A stretch of DNA of 53,417 nucleotides from Methanothrix sp. (GCA_037128175.1 JBAXWY010000016.1:1-53417), one strand, 5' to 3'; counted from the stretch's first letter, positions 10,271-19,867 are shown. Notes: a model not told the origin generated them from the sequence alone. Translations and numbers: made by a program.

Positions 10271-10714
10271 TCATTCTCCTTCTCCGCAGCTTTGCACGAG
10301 ATTCTTATTCACTCGAAGGCGCGAAGATGCGAAGTCCCGATGGTTGTTAACTACCCTCTTCGCTCCCTCCTTGAAAGTAGCCGCACCGAAGTTGATCAGT
10401 AGACCAATCGGCAGGTTAAGCAGGCGCAGGTAAGTCAGCAATTGTTTAGGGTGAACTGGGGCAAGGGTTTCAACGGACTTCAACTCTACAACCAGGCAGC
10501 CTTCCACCAACAAATCGACGCGAAGCCCCTCATCAAAATGCATGCCATCAAAGTCAAACGCCACAGACTTCTGGCGCTCCACCCGCAAGCCACGTCTTTC
10601 CAGCATGCGTGCAAGGACTGCCTCATAGACCGACTCCAGCAGCCCAGGCCCCAGGTCACGATGCAGATGAAATGCTGCATCTACCACAATAGCAGAGACT
10701 TCTTCCACGTCCAT
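10271..10714 (-). CDS. GxxExxY family protein (PD-(D/E)XK nuclease-like)
   Basis: LGPGLLESVYE, RVDLLVE, VELKSV, QLLTYL, GLLINFG; RBS GAGG upstream. Confidence 0.92.
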   Translation of the reverse strand: MDVEEVSAIVVDAAFHLHRDLGPGLLESVYEAVLARMLERRGLRVERQKSVAFDFDGMHFDEGLRVDLLVEGCLVVELKSVETLAPVHPKQLLTYLRLLNLPIGLLINFGAATFKEGAKRVVNNHRDFASSRLRVNKNLVQSCGEGE

Positions 10715-10789
10715 AAAACCTCAGCTTCACTTCGCGCCTTCGCGACTTCGCGTGAGACCGTCTGGCGTTCTGCTTCTCACCTGATCTTC

Positions 10790-10881
10790 GCCAGCCTCTC
10801 GTTCACCACATCCACAGCGCGTCCTTCCGGGGATTTCCTGCCAACTTCCTGCGGGCCTGCAAAAATAGGTCGTGCATTTAA
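10790..10881 (+). pseudogene. Orphan duplicate of the cfbB 3' end
   Basis: 10806-10838 matches 8480-8512 at 32/33 nt; translates HIHSASFRGFPANFLRACKNRSCI* vs cfbB HIHSASFRGFPAEFIRACKSRKG*. Confidence 0.9.
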
Positions 10882-10902
10882 CTTAAATTACAGGATTATC
10901 GA

Positions 10903-11952
10903 TCACTCCTTTTCGTACCAGAGCTTCAGCCCCGCTTCCCCCCAGTCGAAGACAGGAACGCTTCTTCGCGGATAGCCCGACTCCCGCAGGGCCTGCACCA
11001 CGAGCGGCACGGTGATGGTGGCATCAGAGAAGACCTGCACTTTGCTCGCCTCCTTCTTGACCTTGCCCCAGGAGACAGCCTCCTCGAAGGTGCAGCCGGA
11101 CAGGCCTCCCCAGTGCGGAGCGTCGGTGGTGTACTGAATGGCATAGCTGTGGCCTCCCGAGTAATCGCCTATCAATTCCGCAATGACTTCCGTCTGCTGA
11201 ATGAAGTTCTTGGGAACGCCTCCGCCGATGTAAATCACTCCTGTCTGGGCGGACTTTTCCACCATCTGGGTGATCTCGTCCACATCCTTGATGCCATCGA
11301 CCATGACGCTGTGTCCTTCGCGCAGAGCCATAACCATGCCAATTCCCCAGGAGCTGTCTCCGAAGGCAGGCACGAAGATGGGCACTCCTGCTTTATGAGC
11401 CGCGCCAAGGATTGTTGTATCAGGCAGGTCTTTTCCCACCATGTACATCAGCTCGCGTGATGAGTAGCGCCGGGCCGGGTCCAGGCTCTTCACAAAGTCA
11501 GATATGTGATTGTCGGCTTTATGCAGCTCAATCTCCGATACGAATACGTCGTAGATTCTGTCGATCTTGCATTCATTGAGATAAGCATCATCGGCGCAGG
11601 CGCTGCCCTGGTAGTGAACGATGCCCAGTCCCTCGCACAGGTCGTGAAATAGGTTGGCGCCCGTGCTGACCAGGCAGTCTACCTTTCTCTCCCGCAAAAG
11701 GTAGGCAATGAACTCGCCCAGGCCCGCGGGCACCATGGCCCCGGCGAGACCAAGGAAGATGGTAACATCCTCGTCGTGCATGCGCTTCCAGACCTTCAGA
11801 GATGCACCAAGCTGGCCTCCCTGGAAGCCCATCTTACTCATATCCTCTACCAGATCGGCAACACCCCTATCTTTCATGGGTATTGTCGTCCTTATCTTCT
11901 CGCTACTACAAATAAAATCATGACCGTGACCGTGATCCATTTTATCCCTCAA
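10903..11952 (-). CDS. Deoxyhypusine synthase family protein
   Basis: GLAGAMVPAG, VSTGANLFHD, IGGGVPKNF, GGLSGCTFEEAVSWGK with the catalytic Lys. Confidence 0.9.
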   Translation of the reverse strand: MRDKMDHGHGHDFICSSEKIRTTIPMKDRGVADLVEDMSKMGFQGGQLGASLKVWKRMHDEDVTIFLGLAGAMVPAGLGEFIAYLLRERKVDCLVSTGANLFHDLCEGLGIVHYQGSACADDAYLNECKIDRIYDVFVSEIELHKADNHISDFVKSLDPARRYSSRELMYMVGKDLPDTTILGAAHKAGVPIFVPAFGDSSWGIGMVMALREGHSVMVDGIKDVDEITQMVEKSAQTGVIYIGGGVPKNFIQQTEVIAELIGDYSGGHSYAIQYTTDAPHWGGLSGCTFEEAVSWGKVKKEASKVQVFSDATITVPLVVQALRESGYPRRSVPVFDWGEAGLKLWYEKE

Positions 11953-12025
11953 GATTTCTTCATATCAGTATCGGTATGGATGCATTTAAAGATTGTCGAT
12001 CTGGGTGACTGATCTGTACATGCAT

Positions 12026-12040
12026 GAAGCTTTATATACC
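12026..12040 (+). promoter_or_regulatory. Candidate archaeal BRE/TATA box in the DHS/speA divergent intergenic region
   Basis: gaagcTTTATATAcc about 110 bp upstream of the speA start. Confidence 0.4.
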
Positions 12041-12144
12041 AAAAAGGGCACTTTAGAAAAGTTCGATGCGATTTGGAGCGTGTGGGATAATAGCGATGAG
12101 GGCATGCGGCCTAGGGGCAGGTTTCATGGGGAAGGCGAAGTGAC

Positions 12145-14091
12145 ATGTGGAAAGCTGAAGATTCAATAGATCTCTACGGGATAGAAAATTGGGGCAATGG
12201 CTATTTTTCAGTTAATGATAAAGGTAATATTATTATATTTCCCAACAAAGACCGGGCGAGGTTCGTGGATGTTATGGACCTCATCAAGGAGATCGAAAAA
12301 TCCAGCGACCTGGAGTTTCCCGTGCTCCTCCGCTTTCCTCAGATCCTGGAAGATCGGATCAATGAGATCACAGGCGCATTTTTAGGCTCTATCGCAGAAT
12401 TCTCCTACAAAGGCACCTATCAGCCCATCTTCCCCATGAAGGTCAATCAGAGAAAAGAGGTAATCGAGTACATCATCAAATACGGAGCCCGGCACGGGAT
12501 CGGCCTGGAGGTGGGAACGAAAGCGGAGCTACTGGCAGCGCTATCCCTGGGCCTGCCCAAAGAGGCGCTCCTCATCTGCAACGGCTACAAGGACGAAGAC
12601 TATCTGCGCCTGGCTCTGAGCATCCATAATGTAAATAATATAGTAATAGTTGTCGACCTCTTCGAGGAGATTTTTGATATTCTGAAGTATGCCGAGCAGA
12701 TGGGCGTCACTCCCCGGGTGGGCATGAGAGTCAAGCTCTTTGCCCGCGGCTCCGGTCGCTGGGTGGAATCGGGTGGCGAGTCGGCCAAGTTCGGCCTGTC
12801 CACCAGCGAGGCCTTAGAGCTTATGAAGATACTGCGGGAAAAGGGTATCATAGACAGCCTGAAGATGATTCACTTTCACATCGGCTCGCAGATCACAGAT
12901 ATCAGGACCATCAAAAACGCCATGAACGAGGCGGCTCGTATCTACGCCAAGGTACGCAAGATGGCCAATATCGAGTACCTGAACGTGGGTGGCGGCCTTT
13001 CCGTGGATTACAACGGCTCCAACACGGCCACTCCCTCCAGCGCCAACTACACTCTGCGCGAGTATGCCAATGACGTGGTCTACACCGTGCAAAAGATCTG
13101 CGATGACGAAGATGTCCCCTGCCCCACCATCGTCTCGGAGAGCGGGCGGGCCATCGCTGCCTACCACAGCCTGCTCATCTTCAAGATCATCGGTCGAAAG
13201 AATGTCAAGGACTCGCTCCTGCGCACTCCCAAAGAGGAGGATCCCATTCAGATCGACGATCTGTGCAGCGCTTTTAAGGAGATCAACATCGACAACTACA
13301 AGGAGCACTATCACGACGCCTTGCAGTATCGGGACGAGCTTTATGACTCCTTCAACCTGGGCAATATCGGCCTTGAGGAGCGAGCCAAAGGCGAGACTCT
13401 CTTCGGAATGGTCTGCAAGAAGGCGGCATTCCTGGCCAAGCAGGCCGAGGACGAATCGGATGAGTTTCAGGAGCTGAAGAAGCTGGTCAGCCAGAAGTAC
13501 ATCGGCAACTTCTCTCTCTTTCAGTCCGTGCCGGATATGTGGGGTGTGGAACAGATCTTTCCCACCATCCCCCTGCATCGCTTGAACGAAATGCCCTGCG
13601 AGAGGGGGAGGATTGTAGATATCACCTGTGACTCGGACGGGGAGATCAAGCGCTATGCCGGGGACAGCGAGGGCCTGGAGTACCTGGATATGCACACCCT
13701 CCGGGAGAACGAGGACTACTACCTGGGCATCTTCTTGCTTGGTGCCTACCAGGACACCCTGGGCGACTTTCACAACCTTCTGGGATGCGCTCACGAGGTG
13801 CACGTCATGGCTGACAGCGACGACTGGTACATCTGCCAGAAGGTGGAGGGCGACACCTGCCTGAAGCTCCTGGACTTCTTCAACTACGAGACCAAGGACT
13901 ACATCTGGGAGATCATGGACCGCTGCGTGGACAAGCATTTATGCATCCCTAAGAAAGAGCTGGAGCGGATTGAATCACAGCTCAACCGGACGCTGAAGGG
14001 CTATACCTACTTCATCACCAAGCCCAACGGAGCGAAGGGGAAAGAGACTGAGAAGGAGAGGAGTTTGAGCGACAGCATGCTCAAGAGCTAG
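12145..14091 (+). CDS. speA: Biosynthetic arginine decarboxylase (PLP-dependent, bacterial SpeA type)
   Basis: WGNGYFSVN, LRFPQIL, PMKVNQ (PLP Lys), HFHIGSQI, SESGRA, DITCDSDG, GAYQDTLGDFHNL; 648 aa. Confidence 0.92.
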   Translation: MWKAEDSIDLYGIENWGNGYFSVNDKGNIIIFPNKDRARFVDVMDLIKEIEKSSDLEFPVLLRFPQILEDRINEITGAFLGSIAEFSYKGTYQPIFPMKVNQRKEVIEYIIKYGARHGIGLEVGTKAELLAALSLGLPKEALLICNGYKDEDYLRLALSIHNVNNIVIVVDLFEEIFDILKYAEQMGVTPRVGMRVKLFARGSGRWVESGGESAKFGLSTSEALELMKILREKGIIDSLKMIHFHIGSQITDIRTIKNAMNEAARIYAKVRKMANIEYLNVGGGLSVDYNGSNTATPSSANYTLREYANDVVYTVQKICDDEDVPCPTIVSESGRAIAAYHSLLIFKIIGRKNVKDSLLRTPKEEDPIQIDDLCSAFKEINIDNYKEHYHDALQYRDELYDSFNLGNIGLEERAKGETLFGMVCKKAAFLAKQAEDESDEFQELKKLVSQKYIGNFSLFQSVPDMWGVEQIFPTIPLHRLNEMPCERGRIVDITCDSDGEIKRYAGDSEGLEYLDMHTLRENEDYYLGIFLLGAYQDTLGDFHNLLGCAHEVHVMADSDDWYICQKVEGDTCLKLLDFFNYETKDYIWEIMDRCVDKHLCIPKKELERIESQLNRTLKGYTYFITKPNGAKGKETEKERSLSDSMLKS

Positions 14092-14169
14092 GCTTTGGCA
14101 GAGATTAGATCGGCATAAGGGTTTTTCGCACAATAGTTTTAACTTCCCGGACCGCGCCAGAAGTGCTCG

Positions 14170-16104
14170 ATGCTTACAGCCGAAGAGAAGAAAATGGCGC
14201 AAAAGATCCTGGCGCTGCCGGGGTTTATCGCAGGCATGGTTGCCGTTGCTATCGGCTGCATCTTTCTCCTCTTCGCATTGCCCTCATTGGGCCGGCCGGG
14301 AGAGCTGGACTATGCCTTCTCCCAAGCGGCGGGTGCCTTTCTCATCATTCTGCTGGGGCTTTGCGGCATTTTGGCCGCCGCCCTGGCCTGGCCCAGCCGC
14401 AAAGCGGAGCATGCGCTGCTCTTTTTAGGCGGCCTGTTCTCCCTCTCCATCTTTACGGCTTTGGCGCTTTTCCGGGAGTGGACGGCCTGTGCTATTATTA
14501 TAATGATAGTAGCTGTTACCGGGATGGCTGTGCGCCGCCCGAGAGATGCGGCCCGCAATCTTCTCCTCTTTGCCGGTCTATTCGGCTTTCCCCTCACCCA
14601 GGCGGCCATAACTTTGCTTCCCTACGGCTGGAAGACCTGGTCGATATCCGGGCCTCTCTTTCTCTTCAGCGGCCTGGCTCTCTCCTTTTCGGGAGATTTC
14701 AGTCGCTTGCCTCTGCTCTCCGGCAAGGTCGGACGGAAGTGGGGCTACTTTGTCTATGCTCTGGGGAGTCTGGCATTAATTGTCCTGGTCATAGGCGCTC
14801 TTGCTTACCTTCCCAATCAGGCCGGCCCCGGACAGGTCAGCACAGCTGCCAAATTTGAGCCGAGTTTAAACGGCACGCCAGGACAGGCAGAGCTGAAGGA
14901 CTGCGGTTGTAACGGCAGATCTTCGCAAAATCAGCAAGATTCGACTTCTTTGAATAGGAGCCGCGAGGACGAGAATCCAGATGACAGGCAGGATGATAAT
15001 CTCAGGGCAAAAATTCTTTCTCCCGGGGATGTGCGCACCTTTCCGCGCGGGGAGGCTGTGCTCTTTTCGGCTGCGCCATGCGGCCAAAAGCCTTTGCGCT
15101 ACCTGTGGCGGTCAAGCCTGGATGGCATCATCGGCAGGAACGAATCTTTCCAGATGAAGAACCTCAGCCTGGGATGGCATAATATCACCCTTACGATCAC
15201 CAACGCCAGCGGCGTTGCCTCTACCTTCGTGGAAATCGGTATCGCAAAACCCTGGATTTGCGGCAAAGTCAATCCCAGGCCGAAATACTATCCACTGGAC
15301 ACCCCCTGTCAAGACATCTGGCCTGATGCACCGGAGCAGTGCCAGCAGATGGAGGTCTGCCATCCCGACCTGGACTGGATTGTGGAAGAGACCATCAATG
15401 CCTGCAAAAACTCGACAGGGGACCGAAAAAAGTGCCGGGGCCTGTACATCATCAACTCCTTTGGACCAGAGGCCCGCTATATGCAGGGCTATGCACTTTT
15501 CAAGGCCTGCTGCTCCGGCTATCCGGAGTGCACTCGCATGTGCAGTTCGAGCCTGGCCGGGACCTGCTCCTTTAAGGAAGGCTTCAACAGAAACGTCGCC
15601 AACCTCTCCTGCCGGCCCGGGGAGTGGGGTGTCTCCGCCTGGCACTCAGACACGAACATGAGCGAGAACAGTGCCGTGATGGGCATGTTTCCCACCCACG
15701 CCACAGTCAACATTCTACAGACGGGCGTATGCATCGATTATGCGGCGGCGCTGACCACAATGCTACGAAAGGCCGGCTATAATAGCAGCGAGGTCTTCAG
15801 CACCGGAAGCACGGGCTATGATCTGCCCCTAGTGGGAAATCATCCCGGCCATGCCTACAATCTGGTGCTTCTGCCCGGCGACACAAAGTACCACATCGTG
15901 GACACCACGGGCAATGGCGACGGCATAAATTTGGGGGGCGTGCCGGGATACTTCCGCTTCACTGGCTGCTTTTTGGGAAAGCCGGCAGATATCCGGGTAA
16001 TGGACTGGTGGGTGGGCTACTGCAATATGATCTCGCCCCAGAGCTACAATGATGCCGGCGATGCGACCACTCCAAAAAAAGAGAAAATTTACGGATGCAC
16101 TTGA
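14170..16104 (+). CDS. Membrane-anchored protein with PKD-like and transglutaminase-like (Cys-His-Asp) domains
   Basis: N-terminal TM helices; YLWRSSLDG...LSLGWHNITLTITN PKD-like segment; GVCIDYAAAL / GHAYN / IVD triad; Cys-rich linker. Confidence 0.7.
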   Translation: MLTAEEKKMAQKILALPGFIAGMVAVAIGCIFLLFALPSLGRPGELDYAFSQAAGAFLIILLGLCGILAAALAWPSRKAEHALLFLGGLFSLSIFTALALFREWTACAIIIMIVAVTGMAVRRPRDAARNLLLFAGLFGFPLTQAAITLLPYGWKTWSISGPLFLFSGLALSFSGDFSRLPLLSGKVGRKWGYFVYALGSLALIVLVIGALAYLPNQAGPGQVSTAAKFEPSLNGTPGQAELKDCGCNGRSSQNQQDSTSLNRSREDENPDDRQDDNLRAKILSPGDVRTFPRGEAVLFSAAPCGQKPLRYLWRSSLDGIIGRNESFQMKNLSLGWHNITLTITNASGVASTFVEIGIAKPWICGKVNPRPKYYPLDTPCQDIWPDAPEQCQQMEVCHPDLDWIVEETINACKNSTGDRKKCRGLYIINSFGPEARYMQGYALFKACCSGYPECTRMCSSSLAGTCSFKEGFNRNVANLSCRPGEWGVSAWHSDTNMSENSAVMGMFPTHATVNILQTGVCIDYAAALTTMLRKAGYNSSEVFSTGSTGYDLPLVGNHPGHAYNLVLLPGDTKYHIVDTTGNGDGINLGGVPGYFRFTGCFLGKPADIRVMDWWVGYCNMISPQSYNDAGDATTPKKEKIYGCT

Positions 16105-16157
16105 TTCAGGCTTTCCACTTTATCATATTGCCCTTCATCTTTAATATCCGGGTTCGT

Positions 16158-16622
16158 TCAGGCCGGAACTGGTGCCGCCATGGATTGCTGCATACTCTTT
16201 TCCATGGTTGCATCGAGTGCGGTGCGCATCTCCTGCTTTTGCGCCTCCTCGAAGCTGCCGTTCTCCAAGAGGTCCTCCATCATGCCGCTGATGATGTCAT
16301 CCATGACCTCCACCTTAAAGTAAAGCCGCTGCCTTTGTGCGTAGTAGTAATTCATCTGCAATTGCAGAACGGGATTTGCGGCAGCTTGCTCGTTATTGGT
16401 AAGGTCAGCCAGTTCATCATCTGCCTTTTTAGCTTTATCCTTGACCTTATTGTAAAGGCCAAACCAGGAGAGAATAGCCGCGGAGTCCAGCTTGGAGAGC
16501 TTGGGCATCATGCGCCCAAACCTCTGGGAGAGCTTGATCAGATCCTCATTAGCAGATCGAATGGCATCTTGATGGCGGGCAATGTCGGAGCCGTATTTTG
16601 CAAATTCTGGGTTCTTAGACAT
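16158..16622 (-). CDS. Hypothetical alpha-helical protein
   Basis: 154-aa ORF with AGGTGA RBS upstream and normal codon usage. Confidence 0.7.
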   Translation of the reverse strand: MSKNPEFAKYGSDIARHQDAIRSANEDLIKLSQRFGRMMPKLSKLDSAAILSWFGLYNKVKDKAKKADDELADLTNNEQAAANPVLQLQMNYYYAQRQRLYFKVEVMDDIISGMMEDLLENGSFEEAQKQEMRTALDATMEKSMQQSMAAPVPA

Positions 16623-16963
16623 CTATATCACCTAACGCGGAATTATTACTCAAACAACACAGGATAGTAGAGGATAATAAGGTGGAGCCGCGCGGGGCGA
16701 AAGTGATCGGCAATAGAGAGCGCATAAATATCAAAGAAGATGAATGGCAAATGATCCGCAAATAAAATTGTGCAGGGGAATATAATATGAGTAGCAGTAG
16801 CAACAACATCACTCGTGTGCGCCGTCTCTGCCACCAGCTTTGCAATTCCTCTTGCGTCGAAGACAAGCGGCAGGGCAGACATGTTGAGCTTCTGCGCCTT
16901 CGGCCTCACTGGTCCGTTTTAAAAAAGGAGGAGCAGATTGTCAAGATCGACCAGGGAGAGAAT

Positions 16964-17446
16964 ATGCCCTTCGACATCTCCCTGCCCCTGCCCGCCCGAG
17001 ACGAGCGCGAAGGCTCAGACTCGGGAGTGGGGCTCTTTTGGGAGCGGTTCCAATGCAGGCAATGCGGCCTGTGCTGCTATACACCAGGGGCTGGCCTATA
17101 CCTCGATAAAGAGGATTTTGAAAGGATTGCGGAGCGCGTGGGAAAGAAGAGACTAAAAGCCCTCTGCCGGTACGAAAAGGCTCTGCAAGCCTGGGTGCTG
17201 AAGCAACCCTGTCCGTTTTATGACCTAAACGTAGGATGCTCCATCTATGAGATCCGGCCCCTTACCTGCACCAAATACCCACTTCACCCGCCCCTGCAAG
17301 AGATGCCCTACAACCTGGCCGTCGATGCCTTCTGCCCGGCAGCGCGCGTTCTGGCCAAGGAGACCCTGGGCTGGTGGATCATCTGCGAGAACAACTGGGC
17401 CGCAATACATCAAAAATTGGCCCTCGATCAGAGCAAAAAGTCCTGA
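16964..17446 (+). CDS. YkgJ/CxxCxxCC family zinc- or Fe-S-binding protein
   Basis: FQCRQCGLCC...PCPF...CSIYEIRPLTCTKYP; start placed at the ATG after GGGAGAG. Confidence 0.85.
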   Translation: MPFDISLPLPARDEREGSDSGVGLFWERFQCRQCGLCCYTPGAGLYLDKEDFERIAERVGKKRLKALCRYEKALQAWVLKQPCPFYDLNVGCSIYEIRPLTCTKYPLHPPLQEMPYNLAVDAFCPAARVLAKETLGWWIICENNWAAIHQKLALDQSKKS

Positions 17447-18231
17447 ATCCATTCTATTCGATAGGACCTTCCTTCTTCATTGAGACTATAATGGTCTGCA
17501 TTATACCATTGAATGGATTTAGGATTGCTACCCGCTTCATAATATTCCAGGAATTTCTGCCTGGGAAAAAAGACATCCTTACTACCGAATTGGAAGAACA
17601 GGACTGAAGGTGCGGCATTTTTTATGTAGCGCAGGGGGTCGATCGGTTCCATGATCTTTTTATATTTTTCCAGCTCGTCTCCGACAAGGGTGGGCATGTT
17701 GAGAAGGGCCACATCCGTGAAGCTTCCCACGCCCGCCATCAGCACGCTGGCTTTTATCCTCTTGTCCACACCTGACATAATCCCACCAAAAAGAGCACCG
17801 AAACTGTGGCCGACGAATGCTATCCGGTTAATATCCACGCTCGGCAGCGAAGCGATCAGATCAATGGCGCGGCGTATATCAATGGCAATCTCGATGAACC
17901 AGTCACGCACATCTTCCGGCCGTCCGCTGGCTCTTTCGCCAAACAAAGCACCATCGGCCCAGGGTGCATCAATGAGTAGGCAGGTCGCGTTAGCCTTCGC
18001 CAGAATTATCGCTTCATCCAAAAAGGAAGATCTGTTTCCTGGGCCGGGATGCACGAAGATAACGCCCGCAAATGGGCCTTTTCCGGGAGGTGCAACCAGA
18101 TAAGCTCTGATTCGTCCACCTTTTACGCCAGCATAGCTGATATCGTGCACAAAGATGCCGTTTCGGTATTCAATTCCAACTTCTTCTTGGTTTAGCGGGG
18201 CCTTTTGGTTGTAGGAAAATGTCTCATTCAA
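17428..18231 (-). CDS. Alpha/beta hydrolase (esterase/peptidase S9-like)
   Basis: GHSFG nucleophile elbow, GSKDVF Asp and ADH His. Confidence 0.82.
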   Translation of the reverse strand: MNETFSYNQKAPLNQEEVGIEYRNGIFVHDISYAGVKGGRIRAYLVAPPGKGPFAGVIFVHPGPGNRSSFLDEAIILAKANATCLLIDAPWADGALFGERASGRPEDVRDWFIEIAIDIRRAIDLIASLPSVDINRIAFVGHSFGALFGGIMSGVDKRIKASVLMAGVGSFTDVALLNMPTLVGDELEKYKKIMEPIDPLRYIKNAAPSVLFFQFGSKDVFFPRQKFLEYYEAGSNPKSIQWYNADHYSLNEEGRSYRIEWIQDFLL

Positions 18232-18442
18232 ATCTGTTTCACTTCCATTCCTTTAATATTTGTCTGCATGCGTTGGAACATGCTCAATCATCGATATTGA
18301 GCTTTCCTGCGAAAAATTCCTCCATAGCTTTTTCGCATCTATCTTCCTGCGGCCAATCGCCTTAGAGTACCTCATCGCCCTGAAATTATGATCCCGCATG
18401 GAAAAAGATTAATCATTGATGATAGTTTAATTAGTCCTAAGG

Positions 18443-18895
18443 ATGGGCATTATGGTCGAAGGAACGAAGGACGGCTGTATCTTCTGCGAGATTATCGAAG
18501 AGAAAGCATCTTGCTGCAAGATCTATGAGGACGAACTCTCTTTAGCCATACTCGATATCAACCCCTTCTCAAAAGGGCACTGCCTGGTCATTCCCAAGAG
18601 GCACGTGCCCTGGTGGCATGAGCTCTCCGAGGGGGAGAATGCCAGCCTCTTTCGAGTGGCAAAGATCGTGGCTGAGAAGATGATGAAGGCCTTGAATCCT
18701 GACTTTGTCTGCATGTATGCCCGGGGAAGAAGAATTCCGCATACCCACATCTTCCTCGTACCCACATGCAGCGGTGATGTGCTGGACAGATTCTTCAATG
18801 CACTGGAAGGCTTCCAGGAATCGCCACCCAAGCTTGCGGCTTTGCGAGAGAAAAATTCCATGGAAGATGTAGCTGAGCTTCTCAGGAAAACGTAA
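18443..18895 (+). CDS. HIT family nucleotide hydrolase
   Basis: CIFCEI, LDINPFSKGHCLVIPKRH, PHTHIFLVP. Confidence 0.88.
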   Translation: MGIMVEGTKDGCIFCEIIEEKASCCKIYEDELSLAILDINPFSKGHCLVIPKRHVPWWHELSEGENASLFRVAKIVAEKMMKALNPDFVCMYARGRRIPHTHIFLVPTCSGDVLDRFFNALEGFQESPPKLAALREKNSMEDVAELLRKT

Positions 18896-18952
18896 ATTAT
18901 ATGATAAGGAGTAAGGAGCCAGGCCCCTCACTTCCTAATTCACGGAGGAGAC

Positions 18953-19867
18953 TTACTTCTTGGCGGTCTTCTCGTGTTTGAGCAGGCAAAGAGGTCCCCG
19001 GAGGTAGACATACCAGTAGAGCGCCGCCACGAAGAGGGCAGCTCCCACGATGTTGCCGAGGGTGACGGGGATGAGGTTTGTCACAAAGAAGTTGTACCAT
19101 CCATTGCTGCCGGCCAGGTTTGCCGTGGCCACATTGGCCGTGGCCAGCTTGGCAGCAATGGCCGGATTGTTGGCGGCAAAGATGCCCAGGGGAATGAAGA
19201 ACATATTGGCTACGCTATGCTCAAAGCCGATGGCGACGAACGCCATGATGGGAAACCAGCAGGCGAATATCTTGCTGATCACATCTTCCGAGCTTATGGC
19301 CAGCCAGACGGCCAGGCAGACCAGCCAGTTGCAGCCCACGCCGCGCAGGAAGGCAGTTTCGAAGTCCAGGCCGCACTTGGTATTGGCTACAGTTGACGCC
19401 CATCCCGCCCAGGGCATATTATCAAAAAATCCGCAAAGGTATGCCAGGAAAAAGGCTACGAAGATAGATCCCAGAAAATTGCCCACATAGACCAGCGACC
19501 AATTTTTAATCAATCCCTTGACGGTGGCCTCGCCATTGAGCAGGCTGATGGGCGCAAACATGCAGTTTCCCGTGAACAGCTCCGAGCCCGCGATTACGAC
19601 CAACATCAGGCCTACAGGAAACACGGCACCGGCAGCGAACTTAATCAGGCCGGCTGGGAGAGCGATCTTCCAGATTCCGCCGTCCGGGTCGGTGATGGTG
19701 CCGTTGGAGAGGCCCCCGGCCACAATCTCGCTCAAAAGGGCTCCAAAGGCGATGTAGGCTCCGGCTAAAAAACCCAAGATCAGGAGCTTTTGCCATGTTA
19801 TGTTGCATTTCGTGCATCCGGCAGCGATGGCTGCCTTGGCGATATCAGCGGGAACTTTGAATGCCAT
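18953..19867 (-). CDS. fdhC: Formate/nitrite transporter
   Basis: LGFLAGAYIAFG, FPVGL, GSELFTGN, CNWLVCLAVW, GFEHSVANM; downstream of fdh. Confidence 0.9.
   Translation of the reverse strand: MAFKVPADIAKAAIAAGCTKCNITWQKLLILGFLAGAYIAFGALLSEIVAGGLSNGTITDPDGGIWKIALPAGLIKFAAGAVFPVGLMLVVIAGSELFTGNCMFAPISLLNGEATVKGLIKNWSLVYVGNFLGSIFVAFFLAYLCGFFDNMPWAGWASTVANTKCGLDFETAFLRGVGCNWLVCLAVWLAISSEDVISKIFACWFPIMAFVAIGFEHSVANMFFIPLGIFAANNPAIAAKLATANVATANLAGSNGWYNFFVTNLIPVTLGNIVGAALFVAALYWYVYLRGPLCLLKHEKTAKK

Larger units (their letters stand above)
8608..10756. mobile_element. GxxExxY-containing island bounded by CGCGAAG-based inverted repeats, inserted at the cfbB 3' end
   Basis: ctcacgcgaaggcgcgaagccgcgaag (8608-8634) vs cttcgcgccttcgcgacttcgcgtgag (10730-10756); cfbB 3' end duplicated just outside; AT-rich cargo. 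Confidence 0.6.

Noticed and set aside
12814-13938. Long antisense ORFs (374 aa here; 354 aa at 37866..38930; 217 aa at 7257..7910)
   Set aside because: Shadow frames opposite well-supported GC3-rich genes, with no recognisable motifs
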